In this document: positions 54,383 to 64,000 of the stretch, one piece after another | How positions within the stretch are numbered: the stretch's first letter is position 1 | How the letters are laid out: each line of letters opens with the position of its first letter | Assembly: GCA_964016885.1 (NCBI GenBank) | Contig: OZ024740.1 | Coordinates: 356,314,001-356,378,000 of the forward strand | Source of the DNA: Eledone cirrhosa | Taxonomy: Eukaryota | Length of the DNA: 64,000 bases | Direction: 5' to 3' | The notes under the pieces: model-generated | Seen by the model: the letters and a program-made list of their open reading frames with translations, nothing else | The model's database searches: none | Told to the model about the DNA's origin: nothing | Made by a program: the position numbers and the translations under genes

Positions 54383-55408
54383 TGATCCTAACTTTTAAAT
54401 GTTTAAATTTTAATTTTTAATTTTAACTTTAGTTTTAATATTTTTAAAGTTTTTTTAATTCTTCATTTTTTATTTTTTTATTTATTATTTATTTTTTTAT
54501 TTTCTTAAATTTTTCATATATTTTAAAATTACTTATTATTAAAAATTACTTATTATTTTTTAAAAAATTTCCCGAATTTTAAATATTTTTTAATAAAATT
54601 TTTTAATAGCTTTTATTAAATTCATAACCACTAACTAATTCAGGCTAAATATATCTTTCAAAATTTACATCTTTAACATTTAAACTTATTTTGACAAAAT
54701 AGTCTCATATTAACGAATAAATAAACAAAACTGGAGTTTTTTCCGTATCTTCCCAATTTAAAATATATAAATATAAATATTCTTATTAACTCAGTTAAAT
54801 TAATTACATTAAATATAAACCAATATCCCTCATAAATCATTAAAATAATTATCTATAACACGATATACCCATCTATCCATTTATCTATCTATTTATCTAT
54901 TTATCTATTTATCTATTTATTGATTTATTTTTTCATATTTTTCATATATTTTCCTACGCTGTGACCCGTCTGCTTCTTTCTTACTACTTCCCCTTTTTCT
55001 GTATCTCTCACTTTCTTTTTACCCCCTCTGCCAGTCACTCTCTCTGTTAGCCTCTTCCTCGCACTTTCACTCACTCACTCTCTGCCTCTCCCACTTCATC
55101 ACTTCCTCCCGTTTCACCTGTGCGAAATCCTTTCCTCGCTCACATTTCAACCAGGTTGGATGGTCTTTTTTCTCTCGTCTACGATTTCACAGAACTTATG
55201 TTTATCGATTTCAGGGACTTGACTCCTTCTTCCTCACTTTTCGTTGCATTACCATCTTTGTTTGTTTACTGTCTTGCTCGTTCCCCCTATTTACGTGTCC
55301 CAACGACTTTCTTTAGCCGTTGCTCGTAACGACCAGAGGTATATGCTCTTTTAAGCGATGAAATACCAATGAAGGCTGGAAGATCACTGATGAAGGACTA
55401 ATTTTATT

Positions 55409-55480
<72 letters not shown>

Positions 55481-55482
<2 letters not shown>

Positions 55483-55683
55483 GGAACGAGTAGGACCCCG
55501 ACGGCTGAGCTCAAGCCGTTTCGACGGCTAATTCTGGACTAAATGCGTCCAGAATTAGCCGTCGAAACGGCTTGAGCTCAGCCGTCGGGGTCCTACTCGT
55601 TCCTATTACCCACTCTACTTCCCTAAGTATTGAGTACTTTGGTGCGTTATGGTCCACCTGGTTCCTTACCACATTTCCTTCGT
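55481..55683. mobile_element. Family B foldback with tail, in (TA)n
   Basis: Perfect arms 55481-55539 and 55547-55604; same ends as 29591. Confidence 0.9.
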
Positions 55684-56873
55684 TATATATATATATGTAT
55701 ATATATAAATATAGAGATATATATACTTATATATATATATACATATATAAAATTGATTTTTGAATTGTAGAAAACTTGAAACGCAGTAGGATATCTGGCC
55801 AGTTTTCCAATCATTTTTAGCCGATTCTCTAAAAACCTATTTTTTCCACTATACTTTTGCGTTTGAGATTTTCTTAATTTCTGAAAAGAAAATCCTAGCT
55901 CACAGGACATTGCAATGTTTCTGCAAAAAAGTCGACGTAAAGTATTTGTTCAGCAATGTTGTTATGCGATGCGAGTTTGGTTGTTAATTGTGGGTGTATT
56001 TTAAAGAGAATGCCAACGTTATTTTGGTAATACTGATGAAATATTTTCCACATCTTACAGATAATGACCAGATAGATAATTGACATTAAACATTAATTTT
56101 ATATGTTATATATAGGCCGGATGGCTGGAGCAGGTAAAAGAGTAAAAGAGTAAAAGAGTAACAATCCACACTCATACATACTGTTTATACCACAGGACTA
56201 ACTAAACACCGCCCTGAACAATGTGTAGATCATTCCAGCAATAAATACGGTGATTCACAAAAAATATTAAAAATAACACATTCACGTGTCCCGGTATTTT
56301 AATTTTTATTTTCTAATCTATCCCACCGTACTCTCCCGACAAAGGATAAACATCCAATACATTGAACTCTTTTTTTTTTCTTTATCATCCTCAGCGTGAA
56401 TTTAATAACACACTGTTTTTGTATCTCCGTGTTGTCCTTTTATATACAATATATACAATATTGATACTAGATGTAATCATAAATATTATCAATACATTAT
56501 ATGATACAATTACACATTGTATAACCACTCGTTCTACTTTAGTAAAAACTACACACACGTTAACGAATTTATTTTTATCCGTTGAAGAAACAGGATTTAG
56601 TGTAATGAGGGAAATATAATATACGAAAATGTTATAAGTTAAATCTAACAGAAAATGATTATCATGTAATATTCTCGTCTATGCTATGAAATTAATTGAC
56701 TGCTCTTAATGTTTTACTCTATATTGATATTTATTCAAATATATAGTCTATAAATTGAAACAACTTCTTAATCTACAAAATGTATTCATAGTTTGTTTTA
56801 TTATCATCTCAGTATATTGCTGTACATCTTTCAATGAAGAAACTATAAACAAACGCACACACACACACACAAC

Positions 56874-56926
<53 letters not shown>

Positions 56927-57021
56927 GCACATATATCTATTTGTGCGTGTGTGTGTGTTATATATGTTATATACTCACGCACCACACACACTAACATACA
57001 CATAGATGCAACCTCCCCCCC

Positions 57022-57075
<54 letters not shown>

Positions 57076-57079
<4 letters not shown>

Positions 57080-58310
57080 TGGAAAAATTTGAACAGGGAC
57101 AAAACAGAGAGGCAGTACAATAAATGTTTATTAATTTCACGCTCAGGAGAGTGGGGGGTAGGTGGGGGGACGACGTTTCGGGCATAAGCCCTTCCTCAGG
57201 TGAGAAGTGTGTGGGAACAGAGTTCAAAAGGTGTGTAGGGGAGTGGTGGAGAGACATATAGCGAAAGGAAACGGTGCGAATGAAAAAAACACAAATAAAG
57301 ATAACAAATAAAAAATAAAAATAAAGCATGATCAAAATACAAGGAATGAGAAAATTTAAAAATAAAGGCATGATCAAAATAAACTGAAATTAAAAGGGGG
57401 GTAAACAGGTGGTGGAAGGGTGTGGGGTGAGTAGGGGCGGTGGCAGGTGGAGTGGGGAGAGGGAGACGAGGTGTCGGAGCGGGCAGGGCTGAAGGTGGTG
57501 TGTGTGTGTAGGTGTGCGTGTGTGTGTGTGTGTGTGTGTATGTGAAAGTAAGGGTTGGGGGAAGAACGGGGTTGCATGTTCAGGAAGAGGTGTGTGTGGG
57601 GGGTGTTTTTGTGGGTCGGAGTGTCTGTGCGTGTGTGGATAGGGGGTAGGGGGAGAGGAATCAGGAGGCTGAGGGTGTAAATATGTGGTGGGAAGCACGT
57701 GTGTGTGGGGTTTAAGCGTGTTGTGGGTGTGGGTGGCGTGTGGAGAAAACATTTTTTTGGGGTGTGTGTGTGGGTGAGTTATATAGGTGATTACGTAAGA
57801 GGATGGTTGAAAAGTTGGTAAGTTCCAAGGATGTTTAGTGGATTGGTTGTAAGTCAAATTCTGCGTGTGGGTAATCCATGAAGCGGTGGTCGGAAGAGGA
57901 GAGATGTGGGGTGCGCGCGCAACAGGAAGTGGTCAGCAGTGGGAGTGCTGTGGTCTGTTAGTGCTGGGAGGTGCTCAGATGGCATAGCAGCAGTCGGTGG
58001 AATGGTAAGGGGGCGAGGATGGGTAGGTGTGAAAGTTGGAGTGAGGAGGGTGTGTGTGTGTGTGTATTAGTAGGGGTGTTAGTGGGATGAGTGAGTGTAG
58101 AGCGAGGGTGTGGGTGGAGCGGGGAGAGAGAAGGGTGTGTGTGGTTCTATGGAGGGAGTGTGGTGTACTGGTGTGTGTGTAGTTTGATGAAGAGGTGTTA
58201 GTGGGTGTTAGTATACGGGAGGTGGGGAGGGGTTGAATGCAGGTGTGAGTGGGGGTTAGTGGTGGTAGGGTGTGTAGAGTTGGTGGTGTACGAGGGTGTG
58301 TGGGTACGTG
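57076..58310 (-). mobile_element. Family H, longest copy
   Basis: Shares the terminus, HHR-like core (57169-57200) and GTGCGCGCGCAACAGGAAGTGGTCAG with the 31114 copy. Confidence 0.72.
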
Positions 58311-58643
58311 TTATATATATATATATGCGTGTGTGTGTTTTTACTGTGCTTGTGTGTGAGTGGATATATATGGAATAACTTATTTTATATATAATCTTGT
58401 TTAATGAAACTTTGAATTTTTATGTTCACTCCCGAAGAAAATTTGATAATATAACATTTTCAAAATGGTAGCTAACTATACGCAAATATATCTTGTCAGT
58501 TTTAGGAGATTATTTATTTCGATATTAATGCACATTTCGTCATTGATAAATATATAAAAGATATTTGCTTCTTCATAAAAGCACACACATACATATCTCG
58601 TACACTCTCATACATACATATATATATATATGTGTGTGTGTAT

Positions 58644-58683
<40 letters not shown>

Positions 58684-59318
58684 GTGTGTTTGTGTGTGCG
58701 TGTGTGTCATTATGTGTTTGTATGTATATGCAATGAATAGAAACAAGGGGATGGGACAGAGAGTGTATTTTTGTCTATATATAACCAACATACACACATG
58801 CATGTGCCCGTGTATGTTTACTTATATAATGCATGTGTCTGTAAATTGTATTTATCTATTTATCTATTTATTGATTTATTTTTTATTTTCTATTTATTTT
58901 TTCTATTTATTTTTCTATCTATCTATTTTTCTATCTATTTATTTTCCCATATATTTTTCTATCTAATTTTATATATATTTACTTTTCTATATATATCTAT
59001 TTATTTTTCTATCTACTTATAACAGTAAATATTATATTAGAAAATAATTTTAACAACTAAATAATCGTAAATATACGTACCATTAGTAGATATATACTTA
59101 AAATTTATTCCCCCATATTAACTTTACATGAGTTCTATTCATCCTCTTGTTAATTTATTCTCTCTATCTCTCTCGTAATATTAATATTTTTCCTCTCTCT
59201 CTTTCTTTTCTATCTTTCTCCAGTGTCGTTTAAATAAACGGTTGTTTTTCAATTATTTACACATTCATTTGCATATTCACACATAAGTTTGAATAATCCC
59301 TAATATATTTCCACTATA

Positions 59319-59585
59319 CAGTGAATTTCCAATCGATAAGGTATGATTTTCATGGGTACGTCTCTATTTATAAAAAAACTTTGTATTTTATCTGATGAAA
59401 GCATACCAATGTTGTCTTGGTTGCCCTTGAAATATATATACTAAAATAAATATGGTTTTATAAATATAGTTTCCATTTATTTAATATCACTGAATATTTA
59501 CTCCAGTAACTTGTTGAGTGCTCTAAATCAGTTAAAAACATTTATGTTTGTCGGACTTCCAACAAATTAAATACAACTTCTACTT
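59319..59585 (+). mobile_element. Family A single-arm copy with HHR at 59384-59448
   Basis: Near-identical to 28876-29143; ends in (TA)n. Confidence 0.88.
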
Positions 59586-59586
59586 A

Positions 59587-59634
<48 letters not shown>

Positions 59635-59636
<2 letters not shown>

Positions 59637-59862
59637 CGAAGGAAATGTGGTAAGGAACCAGGTGGACCATAACGCACCAAAGTACTCAATACTTGAGGTA
59701 GTAGAGTGGGTAATAGGAACCAGTAAGACCCCGACAGCTGAGCTCAAGCCGTGGAATTACCCCTTGAGAAGATCGGCTATTTAAATACCAGGATAAATTT
59801 TCATTTAGTCCAGAATTAGCCGTCGAAACGGCTTGAGCTCAGCTGTCGGGGTCTTACTGGTT

Positions 59863-59866
<4 letters not shown>
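59635..59866. mobile_element. Family B foldback carrying the complete HHR fold (59759-59852, deviant core)
   Basis: acccc-TTGAGAA-gatcggcta...tagccgtc-GAAA-cggc(ttgagctca)gct-GTC-ggggt. Confidence 0.8.
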
Positions 59867-59897
<31 letters not shown>

Positions 59898-59967
59898 AAC
59901 GTATATATTAATATATATATATATCAAACGTATATATTAATATATATATATTTCAAAAGTATATATT

Positions 59968-60080
<113 letters not shown>

Positions 60081-60178
60081 ATATATACATATATACATAC
60101 AAGATATTTTTCGAATTTTTCATATTTCGAGCGTGTCTCTCGACATGCGGATTGTACATTATCTTTATTATATTATCT

Positions 60179-60256
60179 AATGATTCTGATGAATTCCATA
60201 CAGGAGAATAGAATGTTACTCCATTCTGTATTTGAATGAAACGTGTTGATGAATTA
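60179..60256 (+). ncRNA. Candidate HHR
   Basis: CTGATGA-attc..atacag..ctgtat..gaat-GAAA-cgt-GTT; weak stem I. Confidence 0.45.
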
Positions 60257-60463
60257 AATATTGTATTAATCCTTGGTTATTTATTTATTCATTTCATATA
60301 TGATCTGTGATTATTGTAAATCTACTATAACTGGAAATTTTCAAATCAGATTAAACTCTGAACTGTCTTTTGCCAATCTTGTGGATGATAAAATCGCATT
60401 CGAGTTTTGAACATCTGTCTGCAATTAAACAGTTGTATTTACCTTATATATACATCCATCACA

Positions 60464-60519
<56 letters not shown>

Positions 60520-60977
60520 AAAAAATGGGGGTTGCACATGGATAACATGTTATAAAATGAGTCCCTCATCAGTGATTTGCCAACGATCATAGATATTTCA
60601 TTGCATTAAAAATCACGTAATAAATTCAATAGAGAATGTGTGAGTAAGAAAAACGTTGCTTAATGTAACAGTTATAGAGATTTTAAAATGTATGATACTA
60701 CAATTTATCAGGGAAAGCGGTCAATGAGAGCCGCTGAGATAGTATATATAGAGAGATGGAATATATGTAGAAGGAGATTTTCCGAAAGTTAAACGGTTAA
60801 GTTGGAAAATATTTAATTTATGCTATTTTAGGGTGAAGAATCAAGATTTTAGGTTTTTTCTTTTTTAAATTGCAGGTTATTTATTAGTTTTGTAAATTCA
60901 ATAAGTGTTTTAACATTTCTAAACTTCGGAATTTTATGAGGATAACTTTTAAAGGATTTAGCTGGCCAACGGAAAAT

Positions 60978-61895
<918 letters not shown>

Positions 61896-62155
61896 TAATA
61901 ATAAAAAACACATGAAGAATTCACAGTTAGAAATAAGTTCCATAAAAATGTATGGGTTGGATATTAAACTAAAATTTAAACCTTAGATAGGAAGATAAAG
62001 ATAGAGAAATAAAGAAATAATGGTATGGATCAAAGTTAATAATTATAATATTATGTTATGTATATCAATGTTCCGGCATGTTATTGAACAAGTGATTTTC
62101 ATTCAAGCGTTATTTCTTCTATTGATAGATTATAAGATATGCAATATTAAAGGCC

Positions 62156-62259
<104 letters not shown>

Positions 62260-63344
62260 TCTTTTAGAGAGGTTGAATGTGTCTACTAAGAGCTACTTAT
62301 TTACTTATTCACTGTTACATATAAGCACTAGAAAATTGTTAATTGCCTTGTCCATGTTTTTCTGTAGTACTGATGATAGATTTTGAACAATATTTTCTTC
62401 TCTTGGTAGTCTAACACCAAATCATTTCGGCCACTTTCCAGTTTTAATTATGTTCAGTGCATTAGCTATGTTGTTACAGACCGGTAGTAAATGTTTTCAC
62501 AATTCGATAGAGTATTGATTGTAGATTTCAGCACGAAGCAAAATAATTAGCTCATTACATATATAACAATACATAATTAGTTCATAAACCGTTTGACATG
62601 TTCCTATAATTGCTTCTTAATCTTCCGAGAAGGAAGGCTGTTCAATATAGATATATTTACAATACATATAAACAAGTGGAGGATATGTAAATACAGATTG
62701 GTGCAAACTGTATATTTGAAGTACATTAGTGATATTGTTATTTTAGTTATTTAAGTTAATAGGATTTCGAACATAATTTCGGTAACTGTGATATCATTCA
62801 ATTGCAAATGATATACTTCATTTATCTGTAAACAAAATGACTATTTGATGAATCTAGGTTACTTTGTTATTTCAAATTGCAATCCTTAAATGAGTAAACC
62901 TTGGATGAGAATGAGCTTCGCCAGGCTTTGTTACTCCATAAAAGCAACCCAACATTTAGTTACGGATTTTTACCTTCTCGGTTCAAATTCCGTGAGCTGA
63001 ATTTTGCCATCTCTTCAGGAAAGATGAACTATTGTACCAAAAATGTACTGGGTTTGGTTTAATAAATAAAAATCCGTCACCACCAAATGCTGGTCTTGTG
63101 TCTAAACTAAAACTCATTATTATAACTTTAAAAAGTAATAACATGTTATGAGAAAGTATGAGCTTGGAAATATTTAGAACGAATATCGATGGATGCAGCC
63201 AGTTTTAGCCAACGACTGATTAGTAATTGCTTGATATATTCAAATGGGAGATATGGCTAGATGTGTAATTAGTAAAGTTAATGTTACGTCTGCTTTAAGA
63301 CATCTTCATTGATCGATATATTATTTTTATATTGGTGTCATAAA

Positions 63345-63562
63345 GGTGATGGATGGGCAGAGTCATTAGTGCGTCGAACAATATGCTTCGTGACATAGAA
63401 TTACATCATTTTAATTTCTGATTTCAAATCATGCCGCGGGTAGCTTTGCCTTTCATCCTAATGGAGTCGTTAAAATAAATTACCAGTGACACACTGGGGT
63501 CAATTTAATCGACTTTCATATTGCTCCAAAATTGTTGGCCTTGTACCTAAATCAGAAACCAT
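63345..63562 (+). mobile_element. SINE, degenerate full length
   Basis: CTTTGCCTTTCATCC...GGCCTTGTACCTAAATCAGAAAC. Confidence 0.75.
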
Positions 63563-63669
63563 TATATTCGTGTCAAATTTTCTCTTTTTCATGTCTTTTA
63601 TTTGTTACGAAAATTTCAGTAATCTAAATTGTCTGTAAACTTTCGATATTAGGAAATAGTAAAAATGGG

Positions 63670-64000
63670 TAGGGTAAAGATTCCCTTCGGTCACAAATGA
63701 CCATTGGATTTTAAACTAGAAAGTTCCCCTCCGAGTCACAAGTCCGGGCAAGGTTTTTTGTGGAACATCAGCTGTCTCCCAGGCTTACCAGCCTACCCTC
63801 TCCACGCCACCGATGCTGTCCAAGGGAAAGGCAAAGACCAATAAAGCTTGTCACCAGTGATATCGCAATTCTTTTCTACAGCTGAGTGATCTGGACCAAT
63901 GTGAAATAAAGTGTTTTACACAACAACACAACGCAAAGCCGGTCCAATAATTTAACTCACAATTTCACAATTATAACCCGACGCTCTAACCACTTAACCA
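63670..64000 (-). mobile_element. Second SINE family, runs off the window
   Basis: Similar to 37150-37318; tRNA-like head ...CGCTCTAACCACTTAACCA. Confidence 0.6.

Noticed and set aside
55383-55410. ATCACTGATGAAGGAC, similar to the minus strand at ~60555-60577
   Set aside because: No downstream GAAA or stem II; possibly a truncated HHR family but unsupported

Overview
AT-rich, microsatellite-dense animal genomic DNA, probably intronic or intergenic. The SINE families, TTAGGG repeats and TA/CA microsatellite load suggest an octopus or other mollusc (inference only). No host gene can be called with confidence, and most short ORFs in the track are microsatellite or antisense artefacts. Protein-coding remnants: a decayed Rep/Pif1 Helitron (2931-9483) with non-autonomous derivatives, a Penelope-like element (PLE; RT+GIY-YIG, 10783-13913), a Tx1-like LINE (17105-22870), an R4/Dong-like REL LINE in a (TAA)n tract (22921-25203) with an older relative, and three 5'-truncated GIY-YIG PLE copies, two forming a ~2.1-kb palindrome. 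The main signal is non-coding. I folded by eye about 20 type-I hammerhead ribozyme (HHR) motifs from at least 8 sequence families. Nearly all lie in short elements inserted in (TA)n tracts, and many share a head-to-head foldback-plus-tail architecture. Two are tandem HHR monomers (478 and ~429 bp) resembling circular-RNA retrozymes. One truncated copy is capped by (TTAGGG)4 in the polarity expected for telomerase acting on a cDNA end.
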